From positions 52,803-116,802 of IMG/VR virus record IMGVR_UViG_3300010413_000004: a stretch of 64,000 nt of DNA; one strand, 5' to 3'. Positions 11,451 through 21,787 of this stretch are shown in pieces. Position 1 is the stretch's first letter. Each line of letters opens with the position of its first letter. The translations under genes and the position numbers were made by a program. Source of the stretch: a virus. The notes beneath the pieces are model-generated. The model was not told where the DNA came from. It saw only the letters and a list, made by a program, of their open reading frames with translations, and did not search any database.

Positions 11451-12662
11451 ATGCCACAAGATTCATTACCAATCGACATGAAAGGCCATGTCGTAATCAC
11501 AGACGACCTGGGCAACACGTTAGTCAATAAGTGCAACGCTGTTCACCCGCAAAATATGGCGCGTGTAATTGCTAGAGCGCTTTCAAATGAAAGCAACTAC
11601 GAGATTTACCGAATCGCATTTGGTAACGGTGGTACTACAATTGACGCAGCTTCTACGATTACATATCGTACCCCAAATGATGGTCAGCCACCTGATGTTA
11701 GAACTTGGGACTCGCGTCTGTACAACGAAACGTATTCTGAGATTATCGATGAAGGTTCCGTAACTGTTAACCCACTACTTGGTACTGACCCTGGATCTTC
11801 TGGACCAAACGTAGGTACACGTCCTGGTGGCGGTTCCGTTCCTTCATCTGATCCAACTTCAACCCCTCACATTTCTGGCCCAGGTGTTCGCAGTAATGAG
11901 TTAGGTTTGACATCGGAAGTTGTCATCACTTCAGTTCTAAACCCACAAGAACCAACAGGTCAGTACTCATCAGATGGAAGTATCACGAACACTGAAACAT
12001 CATTCTCATTTGATGAACTTGGATTGTATACGGCAGGTGCTCCTGCTAGCGATTCAAACGGTTCTCAAGATATTGACGTTGGCAATCGCACGTCTCAGAG
12101 TGATACCACTCTACTTGCAAACACTGCATACAGTTTCCACATTTCAATTGATGGTGGTACCGTTCAAGAGATTACATTCACAACACCAGCAGCTGGTGGA
12201 TCTGGTACAAGCGGCGAAATCTTGTATGGTGACCTATGTGAAGCTATCAACACTGGTGACGTTAACTGGAACGTGGCTTGGGGTGGTGTAAGTCCACTAC
12301 CTGGTGGTGCCACAATTTCCATCACTGACACCACAGTGAATTTCCCATCCATTACTGGGGCACAAACTTACGGATATCTACGTTTCACTAGCGCATCAAC
12401 AGGTGCCACGTCTACAGTTGCTTTAACTGCCGGTACGACTGGCTTGGATCTGTTTGCTTCATTGAACTCTCCAGCAGGTGGAACCATTATGACTGCTGTA
12501 GATGGTCTGAATGCTGGTGTACAAAATGATCCTGTGAATCCAACAACAGAACGTGAACGTCTGCTAACGCACTTGATCTTCTCGCCTGTTTTGAAGTCAG
12601 CAAACCGTACGCTAACAATCACTTACACTCTCACAATTTCTGTTGCGAGGACACAAGTGTAA
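11451..12662 (+). CDS. Virion structural protein (baseplate/tail)
   Basis: 'NAVHPQNMARVIARAL...FDELGLY...LLTHLIFSPVLKSANRTLTITYTL' resembles conserved jumbo-myophage baseplate proteins. Confidence 0.65.
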   Translation: MPQDSLPIDMKGHVVITDDLGNTLVNKCNAVHPQNMARVIARALSNESNYEIYRIAFGNGGTTIDAASTITYRTPNDGQPPDVRTWDSRLYNETYSEIIDEGSVTVNPLLGTDPGSSGPNVGTRPGGGSVPSSDPTSTPHISGPGVRSNELGLTSEVVITSVLNPQEPTGQYSSDGSITNTETSFSFDELGLYTAGAPASDSNGSQDIDVGNRTSQSDTTLLANTAYSFHISIDGGTVQEITFTTPAAGGSGTSGEILYGDLCEAINTGDVNWNVAWGGVSPLPGGATISITDTTVNFPSITGAQTYGYLRFTSASTGATSTVALTAGTTGLDLFASLNSPAGGTIMTAVDGLNAGVQNDPVNPTTERERLLTHLIFSPVLKSANRTLTITYTLTISVARTQV

Positions 12663-12681
12663 CATACATCTTGTATACAAT

Positions 12682-12708
12682 AAAAAACCCGGCATTGCCG
12701 GGTTTTTT
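12682..12708. terminator. Bidirectional intrinsic terminator
   Basis: AAAAAACCCGGCA-T-TGCCGGGTTTTTT between convergent genes. Confidence 0.85.
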
Positions 12709-12730
12709 ATTTTCCGATACTCAGAGAAGT

Positions 12731-13117
12731 TTATTTGCTTTCTGCACTTCCAGCAGATGCTCCCGTTGCGGGCGCTTTAACTCGACCAGTACCCACCACA
12801 CCTTGACGTGGATTCATGACTACACCATCTGGAGAAATTACTTTTACCAACTGGTGGAAATACTCAAGAGCGTTAATGCCATTGTTTAGAGTAATCTGAC
12901 TCATAAGATCCCATAATTCAAACGTTGGAGCGTTTCTGTTGGTCAAGATACGCGCAAGACGTTGTTTATCAATACTATCAAGAATAGGAACTTCAATATA
13001 GTGAATGTTTCCAAATCCGTCAGTTTTAAGAACGGCACACTCTGTAAGAACACCGTCTCCCTTTAGTTCAAGCCATTTAATGTGCGGAAGATTTCCAGCG
13101 TGTTGTTGAATAGCCAT
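12731..13117 (-). CDS. Hypothetical phage protein
   Basis: 128 aa ORF with strong AGGAG SD. Confidence 0.7.
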   Translation of the reverse strand: MAIQQHAGNLPHIKWLELKGDGVLTECAVLKTDGFGNIHYIEVPILDSIDKQRLARILTNRNAPTFELWDLMSQITLNNGINALEYFHQLVKVISPDGVVMNPRQGVVGTGRVKAPATGASAGSAESK

Positions 13118-13208
13118 TTTTTATTATCTCCTAAATGTTATTTTTGTTTGTGGTTTGAAGTATTTACGGTCAAAAATTTAGAAGTTCCCACTCAAAATGA
13201 GTTAAGGG

Positions 13209-13931
13209 TCAACTAGCACACTCTTGGGCTAATGAATATCCAGTACACACTGGAGCTGGAGGAGATCCAGCGTACGTTGCACAGTTATTTGCAGTTGGAT
13301 CGAAAAGTTTCCAACATTGGCCATTGTAATATCTCGTTTCGTGGAGTGGAGCTAGTGTACCATCGGTAGTGTTAATTTCCGAACTAGAAATATACACAAG
13401 AGCTAATATAGGACCAGTACGAATTCCAGCAGCATCTGGATCTAGTGGCGCACCAGTACCTCCAACCATGTTAGTTGTTGAGAAACTTGTCAGGTAATCA
13501 CCATCGGTCACAAGACCATTATCAGATGTTGGCATATCTATAACTGAATTCACATCACCGTTTATTTGACTTCTCAAGTTAGGAATAGCCGAAGACCAGG
13601 TACCAGTTCCCGAATCATATGATTGGTTTGCGAGATAATCTTGAGTGTATGCTCCATACGTTACTGTTAACTTTACTTGTGCAACATCCGAAGCAACTAT
13701 CGGTGATCCAATGGACGCAGGACCACCGATAGAATTTAGCCATTGGCATGCAATTGTTATATTGTTAACTTCATATCCAACGTTCCTACTTCTAAACAGT
13801 GTGTCGATACTTAGCCTTGATTTAGTTTCATTCACTGAAAGTAGGGTACATGGTGTTGGTCCATTGATAAAATTTGGTGTATAAGCGGTATCGCCTAAAC
13901 AAGCAATATGTTTTGGTACGCAAAAACTCAT
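13209..13931 (-). CDS. Hypothetical, probably structural, protein downstream of PAAR
   Basis: 240 aa; Cys at both ends; S/T/G-rich; co-oriented with PAAR. Confidence 0.55.
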   Translation of the reverse strand: MSFCVPKHIACLGDTAYTPNFINGPTPCTLLSVNETKSRLSIDTLFRSRNVGYEVNNITIACQWLNSIGGPASIGSPIVASDVAQVKLTVTYGAYTQDYLANQSYDSGTGTWSSAIPNLRSQINGDVNSVIDMPTSDNGLVTDGDYLTSFSTTNMVGGTGAPLDPDAAGIRTGPILALVYISSSEINTTDGTLAPLHETRYYNGQCWKLFDPTANNCATYAGSPPAPVCTGYSLAQECAS

Positions 13932-13935
13932 TATA

Positions 13936-14232
13936 TTATCCTATAAAAACGCTTCCGGATCCGGATGCAATCGCAGCGTCGTGACACGAAGCATCACAAC
14001 AATGCACAGCGTGTGTGTCGGCCAAACGAGCTGCTGGACGGTTGTTGATGAAAACGCTACCTGAACCTGAATTAATAACAGTTGGTGGCCATGTACATGA
14101 TCCTGAGCTATGTCCTGTAGTAACATCGGCCAGTCTGGCCGCAGACAAGTTATCAATGAATACGTCGCCTGAACCAGATGCGATTACGTCTGTGTCCGTA
14201 AAAACATCAGATAATCGTGCAGCAGGTAGCAT
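13936..14232 (-). CDS. PAAR-repeat spike tip protein
   Basis: PAARLSD, SAARLAD and PAARLAD motifs with His/Cys metal ligands. Confidence 0.92.
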   Translation of the reverse strand: MLPAARLSDVFTDTDVIASGSGDVFIDNLSAARLADVTTGHSSGSCTWPPTVINSGSGSVFINNRPAARLADTHAVHCCDASCHDAAIASGSGSVFIG

Positions 14233-14258
14233 ATGTTTCTCCTTTATTTGTGTATTTT

Positions 14259-14272
14259 CATAAATATTTATG
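14259..14272. promoter_or_regulatory. Palindromic bidirectional late promoter
   Basis: CATAAATATTTATG gives CATAAATA on both strands between divergent genes, each of which has an AAAGGAGA SD. Confidence 0.6.
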
Positions 14273-14288
14273 TTTAAAGGAGATAAAG

Positions 14289-14630
14289 ATGAACGTTGAC
14301 AAAATTAGAAAAATCCACTTATCTGTGGCTGAATGGATGGACGCTTGGAGAGTGATTCCACGAGCTATCGTCGGATGTTACATGTATCTACTGTATCGGA
14401 CGATTACATGGTACATGAGTTTGCATCCATATATGCTTGATGGGTGCAAATCAGATGTGATTAAGGATTGCATAGTTCAAGCCCCGTCAACACAGCACGC
14501 TGCATTGATTACAGCGGTTGTGTCAATGGGAGCTGCTATATTTGGCTTCTACACTAATACGGGTAGAAAGTGGGACAATAAATTTATCGAATGGGATAAA
14601 AATAAGACTACAGACTCAACATCGGAGTAA
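14289..14630 (+). CDS. Two-TM membrane protein (possible holin)
   Basis: Start reassigned to MNVDK (AAAGGAG SD); 'DAWRVIPR' followed by two hydrophobic segments. Confidence 0.55.
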   Translation: MNVDKIRKIHLSVAEWMDAWRVIPRAIVGCYMYLLYRTITWYMSLHPYMLDGCKSDVIKDCIVQAPSTQHAALITAVVSMGAAIFGFYTNTGRKWDNKFIEWDKNKTTDSTSE

Positions 14631-15585
14631 AGGTTTCAATCTGAGCACTAATCTTCTTGAGTTCATACTTACCCAGATATTTCATGAAGTCAAAATAGGA
14701 GAATTTCCCAGGATTGCGCATGCCCTCCAATATTGTGGTGACCATTAACTCTTGGATTTCTGGTGGTTGACATCTCAAATCCATGAGTTTTTGGTTTTCT
14801 TTAAACAAATCTTTAACCAACATTTCCTTCTTATCATCAGGCCGAATCCAAGTTTCATGCATTAAGTTAACACGTTTCATCGTGTCTTTGTATGCCTCGA
14901 GAATCTTGGTACGTCTGCACCGTGGTAGAGCACTCTGCACGTTATCGCCACGATCCCCACGAATGCATTTTTCAAATAAGAACAATTCAGCATCTCCGTC
15001 CCACTCATCCAACGATCTTCCTTTTCCGTTCATCGGATCAATTAGTTGGACATTTGGATATGCTAGAACTTGAATCAAGTCTTTATCCCCACTAACTACA
15101 ACAATGCTCGGTTTGGCTCCAGTTGCCTCATCCACTTTCATTGATAGGATTTCAGCAGCTCCTGCGATTAGGTCATCTGCCTCTAACTTATCAGCAGCTA
15201 ATACTACTGCTGTTGTGTGATCACGCATCATGTCTTCGAATTCACTCAGGTGACTTAAGAACAACTCATACTTTTGCTTTTCTCTCGGAGTCATCTGTTG
15301 CCGTCGATTGCCTTTGTACACTTTTCCAGAAATACACTCGTCAGATTTAGTGTACTCCTTTCTCCAGTTGGGCCGATCGAAACACATGAGGATCTTCTTT
15401 CTTGGTTGGAACGCTTTAAAATACTTGTTTAGTGTCATCAAAGCAGAATGAGAAGCAATACCTGCAACTGTTAAATCATCTTCATTTTTATGAGCGAAGA
15501 ACGTACGATATAACAAGTTTGACATGTCTACAATTAAGTAATCACACCGTTCCTTTTCTTTGCGGGCAAATCGTGAATTACTCAA
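14608..15585 (-). CDS. rnh: T4 RNase H-like 5'-3' flap exonuclease
   Basis: 'LIVDMSNL', 'CFD', 'YKGNR', 'EADDLI', 'SGDKDL' and 'GDRGDNV' motifs. Confidence 0.9.
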   Translation of the reverse strand: MSNSRFARKEKERCDYLIVDMSNLLYRTFFAHKNEDDLTVAGIASHSALMTLNKYFKAFQPRKKILMCFDRPNWRKEYTKSDECISGKVYKGNRRQQMTPREKQKYELFLSHLSEFEDMMRDHTTAVVLAADKLEADDLIAGAAEILSMKVDEATGAKPSIVVVSGDKDLIQVLAYPNVQLIDPMNGKGRSLDEWDGDAELFLFEKCIRGDRGDNVQSALPRCRRTKILEAYKDTMKRVNLMHETWIRPDDKKEMLVKDLFKENQKLMDLRCQPPEIQELMVTTILEGMRNPGKFSYFDFMKYLGKYELKKISAQIETFTPMLSL

Positions 15586-16006
15586 AAGTACTCCCTCCTT
15601 CTTCGGATTCGTCTACGATTTGATCAGCCATATCTCGCAGCAAAATAGTAATCCATTTTTGAACAACTTGTTCATCATCGCTTCCAGTGATTCCTTGAAC
15701 GCGAAGATAGTCAGCAAAGGCATCATTCCATTCTAATTCAACCTTTACGCCTTCATCTGTTCTAACCCATCCGATAATGTCTACCCACGGATCAGGAGAC
15801 TCTTTCATTGTCTCGATATATTTTTGTTGTTCTTGTTTTTCTTTCTCGCGACGCATTGCTTGCTCTTCGCGTTTACGAGTCTCTTCGTTTTTGAGTTCCT
15901 CTAACACTTGTTGTTTGAGTTGATCTTTAATCGTATTGAGCTCATCCAAAGAAAGGCTTACGTGTTGTTGATTTGCTTGTGGATCTTTTGTGTTATTTGT
16001 TGTCAT
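15578..16006 (-). CDS. Hypothetical phage protein
   Basis: 142 aa; coiled coil plus 'ELEWNDAF...G.G..DE.VVQKW'. Confidence 0.6.
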   Translation of the reverse strand: MTTNNTKDPQANQQHVSLSLDELNTIKDQLKQQVLEELKNEETRKREEQAMRREKEKQEQQKYIETMKESPDPWVDIIGWVRTDEGVKVELEWNDAFADYLRVQGITGSDDEQVVQKWITILLRDMADQIVDESEEGGSTFE

Positions 16007-16008
16007 TG

Positions 16009-16716
16009 TTATACCCTCGGTAGTACGTAAACTTTAAATCCGTTTACAGAAATGGATAATATTCCTTTTTGACCAACTTCGAAGTTACCATCTGCTCCCT
16101 GTTTAAAAAGCGATAATAATGTTTTAATAGGGTACCTGTAAGCGAATCTAGTATCGGCACCACTGTTTCCAATTGGTTGAGCGGTGTCCGCAAATGTATG
16201 TTTAAAGATATCATTATTTACATCGACAAATTCGAAGGATACCCCATCATCATTACTAATGATGGTAATATCATCAGCCCCCATTGCAGACTGTCCACGC
16301 TGCATTAGTAGTACTGCTTCGTCAGGCAACGCAACTCGACGAACCATTTCATCCATTACACGTTTTGGTGCTTGAATTGAAGCAGGATTGGCACATTTAA
16401 AACCAATGTTCGTGCCAGTTGCTTTCATCGCCAATGCGAGTACTGTGTTGTCTTGATCATCTAGTTTTGCGTCAACGCTAAAGTTTTTCTGAGTCTTTGC
16501 GATTTCTAATCTGGACAAGAACAAATCAATAACACCGATTCCAATAGAATCAAATGGAAGTTGAGGAATGTTATTCGTCTCATTAATGACAACAGTTTTG
16601 TCACTATCCATAGCTCGTACGCAATCAGTTTCGATTATGATTTTCTCGATGCCTACTAGCTTGGCTGTTTTAACAGCACGTTGAATAAAATTCACAACGT
16701 CATCTGTAAGTTTCAT
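16009..16716 (-). CDS. DNA polymerase sliding clamp (gp45-like)
   Basis: 235 aa; size, beta-rich pattern, C-terminal 'YVLP' and position next to the polymerase. Confidence 0.6.
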   Translation of the reverse strand: MKLTDDVVNFIQRAVKTAKLVGIEKIIIETDCVRAMDSDKTVVINETNNIPQLPFDSIGIGVIDLFLSRLEIAKTQKNFSVDAKLDDQDNTVLALAMKATGTNIGFKCANPASIQAPKRVMDEMVRRVALPDEAVLLMQRGQSAMGADDITIISNDDGVSFEFVDVNNDIFKHTFADTAQPIGNSGADTRFAYRYPIKTLLSLFKQGADGNFEVGQKGILSISVNGFKVYVLPRV

Positions 16717-16750
16717 CTTTGTTCCTTATAATTATAGTTATGGTGGAAGA

Positions 16751-17170
16751 TTACTCGAAATCGAGAAGAGTGTCAACCAGTTGGTTATATTGGTTTTGTT
16801 CGATTTCTTCTTCGCTGAGAATCTCTGGTATGATAATGCCCGTCTCATTCTCGAGCCACGTGGTGAACACACGTCGGTGACAAAATTCACCGACGGTTTC
16901 GTAACACAACAGTATTGCATTCTCAGGAATCGCATCATAAAGGTCCTGAGCGGTTTCACCATTACGAGTAATGTGTGCTAGGTATTGAACAACATACTCT
17001 TTTTCAGTTATTCTGCCTTTCTTATAATCCATGACTGTTTTACGTGGTGGTGCCAATAAAGATAATGACTTTCCTTCGTACCAATCAGGACCATAAACGC
17101 TTATTGCATAAGCATCTTTGAGAGTACCACTTCTAGCGTAATATGATGTGGATATATTTCGAGGATTCAC
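16751..17170 (-). CDS. DUF488-family protein
   Basis: 'TSYY...ISV..P.WY.G...LAPP...Y...Y...LLCYE...FCHR'. Confidence 0.75.
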   Translation of the reverse strand: MNPRNISTSYYARSGTLKDAYAISVYGPDWYEGKSLSLLAPPRKTVMDYKKGRITEKEYVVQYLAHITRNGETAQDLYDAIPENAILLCYETVGEFCHRRVFTTWLENETGIIIPEILSEEEIEQNQYNQLVDTLLDFE

Positions 17171-19797
17171 TAGAATTCTAGTACCAAACTAGTAAACAAA
17201 CTTTGTTTGGAAGGTACATCCATTCCAACCGCCTTGATGATATTTCCCAGAGGCTTGTCTACTAATCGTTCAATGTGCATATCGCGATTAATAGTGAATT
17301 CAGTTTCAAACCAACTCGGAACTTGCTCGATGTCAACAGGGATAGCTATACTTTTAAACTTTCCATATTTACGATTGAGGTAGAACACTTTGATTTTCAT
17401 TCCTGATACAATCGGAAGACTTTGCTTATCTTTAAAGTGCTCAAGACACAAGTTATAGAAAATGCTAGCTGCCACATGACCAGGTAGTCTTGTTCCCTCA
17501 CCATACACTTCATAATTCCTCGTGTACTCTTCTACTTTCTTCACACCTTTTGGTAGCCCAATTGACATAAGATCTGTAGTAGTTCTAATTTGTTCCTTGA
17601 AATCAACTATGTCATTTGAAATATCATTCCAACCTTCACCTTTAAGGAATCGCTCAATGTATGAGTTGAGTACTTTTGATACTTCTTTAGGAAGAGTTGT
17701 CTTTTTTGTATCAAGTCCCATTACCTTGATTTTATCAACGGTATCACCATCATCGTCGATGATGTGAAGGAAGTATCGTTTTTTATCAACAAATATACCA
17801 CGATCAGATACAATTTCTCTTCCTGTTTGAATAATGTCATCAAACTCTTCATTGCACAAGAACGTGTCTCTCATGAATTTTGGGAAAGACTTATTGACTA
17901 ATTCACCAACCCGATCTGCAACTCTAATAGCATCAGCAACGTTATCCGTGTGAGTCTTGAAATATGTGGAATCCGTATCACCATATATAACGGACCATTT
18001 ATTGGAATAACCAAAATGAAGGTTATCGTCCTTATCTGTGATAGTGACATCTGTCTTTTTGTATTGACCATCTAACACACTACACACTTCAGCACATTGG
18101 TGGAGTAGAATCATTCTACCAGTACCAGTTGTACTTTCACCCATTCTCAGATCGTAGAAACGGAAATACTTATTAGTTAAAGCACCATAGAAAGAGTTGA
18201 GTTTGATCTTATACACATACTGGAGTTTGTCATAATATGTGGTTTTAAGTTTATCGCCTTTTTCTTTTGCTTCATTTTTGAGACGTTGAAATTTCTTTCT
18301 TGTAGCATACCAACTCTCGAGAATGGATGGAATTATTCCCTTCATATTCTGGTCAAATACGGTTCCGTATCCACTTACAGCCCACTTAAGTTTTTTGAGT
18401 TCTTGTCTCCACTTTTTAGCACTAAGTGTAAGAGCTTCTCCATTCTCTTCTAGTACTAATGTCAACATTGCATCTGAATTGGCTGCAATTTCTTCACAAG
18501 CAGCCACTTTTTCAACAAACTGTCCTCGTAATGTTTCGGGACTAATGTTTAGCGATCGAATCGCTGATGGATATAGTGAGTTAATGTCAACTGAGCCAAC
18601 GTTTTCATGTAATCCAATTTGTGGAAGTAGAACGGTCGCACCTTGAATCTTACCATTTTCATCTTCGTCTACGTGTAGGTCATTTACTACAGTACCATCG
18701 AGTTCATGGTGACAGAAGTTGATAGTAGCAAGTTCAGCTAATTTTAGCGTACCAGTTACATGATCAAAGAGACCAGTTGATAGGTGATACATTTGGTTTG
18801 CAAGATCGACATATCCTAGTCTGTCTTCAAATCCTTTTAGGATCTCAGTATCTCGAAGGTTGTATCGAATAAAGTATAAGAAATCGTTGCGATAAAGTTC
18901 AGCAAGAGACCCTTCATATTCCAACTTGGGCAGATCAGGTAGCATCTCATCTGCTATTGCTTCCAACTTATATGACGGGCGTTCAGCCATTTCATACTTT
19001 TTGAACAGTACCATGTAGTCAACACTTGATCTTCCTGAGATGTCCAGTGTTGTCATTTCACGGTTATATGCCTCAACAACTCTCCATCTTGGATTGTTTG
19101 CACCATCGAAAGAAAGTTTCTGCAAGTATTTCTTGCCAAGCAATTCTAGACGTTTCCCGATATATGGCACGTCGAAGAAATCTGAGTTCCATCCACTAAT
19201 AACATCGCTATCTTTAATCTCTTCTAATACATACATGAGAAGTTGTTTCTCGTGCTTACAGAAATGGATTTCAATTTCAATATCATCTGGCAGTGGTGCC
19301 ATTTCATGTAGTTGGCGTTTGATCTCTTCTACGTCACGAGTCCCAGTGTATTCTTTTGGAGGAATTGCGTATACAACCATTCGATTTGACCAATTGTGGT
19401 ACAAAGCAATGGAGTTAATTGGTGCGTACGGGTTGTCTACAGACGAGAAACCAAGGTCCAAGTTGTAATCCACCTCGATATCGAGAAATGTTACGTGAAG
19501 GTTTGGAGCTTCAACGTTGTAGTATTTTTCGGATAGTAGTTTAAGTTCTGGTGGAATACCAGCTTCGAACATTTCAATGCCACGACTGTCGCATTGGTTT
19601 CTTGCTTGATTAAATTCGTCAGCAGTATCAAAATCCAGTCTAGTTAGAGCATCACCATAAATGCTACGATATTCGCCTTTAGGATCTTTGATATAAAAGT
19701 AATATGGTGCTCGAAAAAGTTTTAGTTCGCGTCCTGCTTTGCTACGCTCCCAAACTAAAACATCATTATGTTTTCTTATTGCAGATATGTAACTCAT
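17170..19797 (-). CDS. Family B DNA polymerase (gp43-like)
   Basis: Exonuclease 'FLDIEV' and 'GWNSDFFD'; polymerase 'DINSLYPS', 'KIKLNSFYG' and 'YGDTDS'. Start reassigned to MSYISA (AAGGA SD). Ends TAG-TGA. Confidence 0.96.
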   Translation of the reverse strand: MSYISAIRKHNDVLVWERSKAGRELKLFRAPYYFYIKDPKGEYRSIYGDALTRLDFDTADEFNQARNQCDSRGIEMFEAGIPPELKLLSEKYYNVEAPNLHVTFLDIEVDYNLDLGFSSVDNPYAPINSIALYHNWSNRMVVYAIPPKEYTGTRDVEEIKRQLHEMAPLPDDIEIEIHFCKHEKQLLMYVLEEIKDSDVISGWNSDFFDVPYIGKRLELLGKKYLQKLSFDGANNPRWRVVEAYNREMTTLDISGRSSVDYMVLFKKYEMAERPSYKLEAIADEMLPDLPKLEYEGSLAELYRNDFLYFIRYNLRDTEILKGFEDRLGYVDLANQMYHLSTGLFDHVTGTLKLAELATINFCHHELDGTVVNDLHVDEDENGKIQGATVLLPQIGLHENVGSVDINSLYPSAIRSLNISPETLRGQFVEKVAACEEIAANSDAMLTLVLEENGEALTLSAKKWRQELKKLKWAVSGYGTVFDQNMKGIIPSILESWYATRKKFQRLKNEAKEKGDKLKTTYYDKLQYVYKIKLNSFYGALTNKYFRFYDLRMGESTTGTGRMILLHQCAEVCSVLDGQYKKTDVTITDKDDNLHFGYSNKWSVIYGDTDSTYFKTHTDNVADAIRVADRVGELVNKSFPKFMRDTFLCNEEFDDIIQTGREIVSDRGIFVDKKRYFLHIIDDDGDTVDKIKVMGLDTKKTTLPKEVSKVLNSYIERFLKGEGWNDISNDIVDFKEQIRTTTDLMSIGLPKGVKKVEEYTRNYEVYGEGTRLPGHVAASIFYNLCLEHFKDKQSLPIVSGMKIKVFYLNRKYGKFKSIAIPVDIEQVPSWFETEFTINRDMHIERLVDKPLGNIIKAVGMDVPSKQSLFTSLVLEF

Positions 19798-19822
19798 GTT
19801 GTCCTTGTTGTTATTATAAAAG

Positions 19823-19849
19823 AAAAATGGGGCATAGTGCCCCATTTTT
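19823..19849 (-). terminator. Intrinsic terminator after groES
   Basis: AAAAATGGGCAC-TAT-GCCCCATTTTT hairpin with U-tract. Confidence 0.6.
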
Positions 19850-20133
19850 TATGAATTGACCACAGCGATAATATTTGTTTCGGGCATTAAAAGCAATGTT
19901 TCACCGTTGTATTCAATTGTCTCGCAGGTTGAGGTTTGTTTGCTAAACAAAACTTGGTCCTCGGGTTTGACGGTAGTTTCAATGAACTCACCAGTTGGAG
20001 TATGAACACCAGGACCAACAAGTACAATTGTTCCTTGATTACTCTTTTCCGTTTTGACCAACTGAATGCCACCTGCAGAAACGTCCGAAGCTACATCTTC
20101 ACGAATAGCAACTAGATTGTGTAATAGTCTCAT
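19849..20133 (-). CDS. groES: GroES/Cpn10 co-chaperonin
   Basis: 'MRLLHNLVAI...SAGGIQL...GTIVLVGPG...VKPEDQVLF...ETNIIAVV'. Confidence 0.9.
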   Translation of the reverse strand: MRLLHNLVAIREDVASDVSAGGIQLVKTEKSNQGTIVLVGPGVHTPTGEFIETTVKPEDQVLFSKQTSTCETIEYNGETLLLMPETNIIAVVNS

Positions 20134-20414
20134 TCTGCTACTCCTGTTTTTCTGCCTTCTGCAATTGCCTCATACAAAAATTCGAAGTGTTCATTCTCGG
20201 ACTGAATGTCTGCATAGTTGTGCTTGTACATGGTCCGTGCAATTTTATTAATTAACTTCTTCTTGATGTTAAATTCATCTTCGATTGCTTCAGCAGCTTC
20301 TTTAAGCTCCTCACGTTTATTGTCAATTTCTTGTAGAATGTTGGTCATGGTAACAATTCTTGGCTTGAGTTCTTTAAGCTCGTTGGAATTGATAGCAATG
20401 TTTTCTTCGCTCAT
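20130..20414 (-). CDS. T4 DsbA-like dsDNA-binding protein
   Basis: Helical 94 aa; 'I...REELKE....IEDEFNIKKKLINKIART.YK'. Confidence 0.6.
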   Translation of the reverse strand: MSEENIAINSNELKELKPRIVTMTNILQEIDNKREELKEAAEAIEDEFNIKKKLINKIARTMYKHNYADIQSENEHFEFLYEAIAEGRKTGVAE

Positions 20415-20489
20415 TGGAGACTCCTATTATTATGGTTATTATTGGATGAGATTATCCAAGATTCGGTTGTTGGAACACAACCAAAAATT

Positions 20490-21107
20490 TTAATTATTGT
20501 AGAATGCGTGGTCGCCGATTGTCACAACGCGTATCATGGTTTTACTCCAATCAGGAGATACATATAACGCATGATAGTACATAGCACCATTTGTGAAGTC
20601 GTAGAAATTGTTTAAGCTGCCTTCGCTTAGAAATGTATCCGACAACTCATATGCCTCGGTCCACGCAGTTCCATCTTTTGGAATATCAGCCTTCCCATCT
20701 AGCGTCCACGAGAATTGAGCAACTTCTTTACCAGATGTGTTCTTTTTGTGTTGCCATACTACATCGCAAATATTATTCGGATATTTGGATGACTTAACGC
20801 GATTGATAGTAACTAACGCAACAGCGATTTGTCCTTTAATCGGTTGATTCCTGGCTTCAAAGTAAAGGTTCTTCGCTAGGCACAGTTTCTCTTGTTTCAG
20901 AGAAGTGTATTTCCATGTAGCTTGATCATCTTCGTATACGCCAGGATATGGATATGTATATAACTGAGCTACTGGAACGATCCGAACATCAGCAGGCGTA
21001 ATGTCTTCCGTTATTGTATAGTTATGCACTGGCCGTACTAATAGAGAATAGTACACCAGAGTTATCATAAACAATATTAGGTTGCGAGTTTGCGTATAGT
21101 TCTTCAT
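20490..21107 (-). CDS. SleB-like cell wall hydrolase (Hydrolase_2)
   Basis: 'CLAKNLYFEARNQ...VA.V.INRV...YPNNIC.VV.Q...QFSW...GAMYYHA...V.P.W...IGDH.FY'; N-terminal TM. Confidence 0.92.
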   Translation of the reverse strand: MKNYTQTRNLILFMITLVYYSLLVRPVHNYTITEDITPADVRIVPVAQLYTYPYPGVYEDDQATWKYTSLKQEKLCLAKNLYFEARNQPIKGQIAVALVTINRVKSSKYPNNICDVVWQHKKNTSGKEVAQFSWTLDGKADIPKDGTAWTEAYELSDTFLSEGSLNNFYDFTNGAMYYHALYVSPDWSKTMIRVVTIGDHAFYNN

Positions 21108-21162
21108 GGCTTTTTACATACAGTGAAGAACTCATTTTACGCCAAGTTTAGTTAAATTCCAA

Positions 21163-21786
21163 CTAAAACAGTCCAGAAAACCAACTACTGAAATCACCAG
21201 GGAAGTTTGCTGGATTGTATAAGTATGGAGATGCAGCTGCTATGTGAAACTTAGCGATCAATAGTTCTCCAGCTTCAATCTCTGAGAAAGCATTTATAAA
21301 GTGTGGTCCACTAGGGTAGACTACCATTGTTCCTCGTTGTGGATTGAATCCAAAATTGTGCTGAAGAAATTCAAGTTTCCCACCGTATACTTCAAATTCA
21401 TCATCGAAAGGAATATTATCTTGGTAGTCACTCAAAAAGATAACAACAGAAAGATCACGATCTTTTGTTCGTACCCATTGTTTCTTGATCCAACTACTAC
21501 TCTCACATGAAGGAGTTGAAGTTGTACCTTCGCCACGATACTCAAAGACTACTCTTTCTGTGGCTCGATAATCAAAGTCATAGTATTCTTCTAGTTCAGG
21601 TGCAATGCTAACAAACTTGTCGTATATTAATTGCTCAGCCCAATCGTTGTGTTTCTTCATCTCAATTGGATTGCCTTCAGAATCAACATCTGGATCAAGA
21701 AAATCTAAACGGTTCGCGATAGCTTCGCACTGCTTTGGTGTTAAAAAGCCATCAACGACAAAAAACGGTGACTTTGACGTTGCCAT
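21163..21786 (-). CDS. 2OG-Fe(II) oxygenase-fold protein
   Basis: 'DGFLTPKQCE', 'RDLSVVIFLSD', 'GGKLEF', 'PQRGTMVVYPS'. The HxD metal motif looks degenerate. Confidence 0.7.
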   Translation of the reverse strand: MATSKSPFFVVDGFLTPKQCEAIANRLDFLDPDVDSEGNPIEMKKHNDWAEQLIYDKFVSIAPELEEYYDFDYRATERVVFEYRGEGTTSTPSCESSSWIKKQWVRTKDRDLSVVIFLSDYQDNIPFDDEFEVYGGKLEFLQHNFGFNPQRGTMVVYPSGPHFINAFSEIEAGELLIAKFHIAAASPYLYNPANFPGDFSSWFSGLF

Positions 21787-21787
21787 A

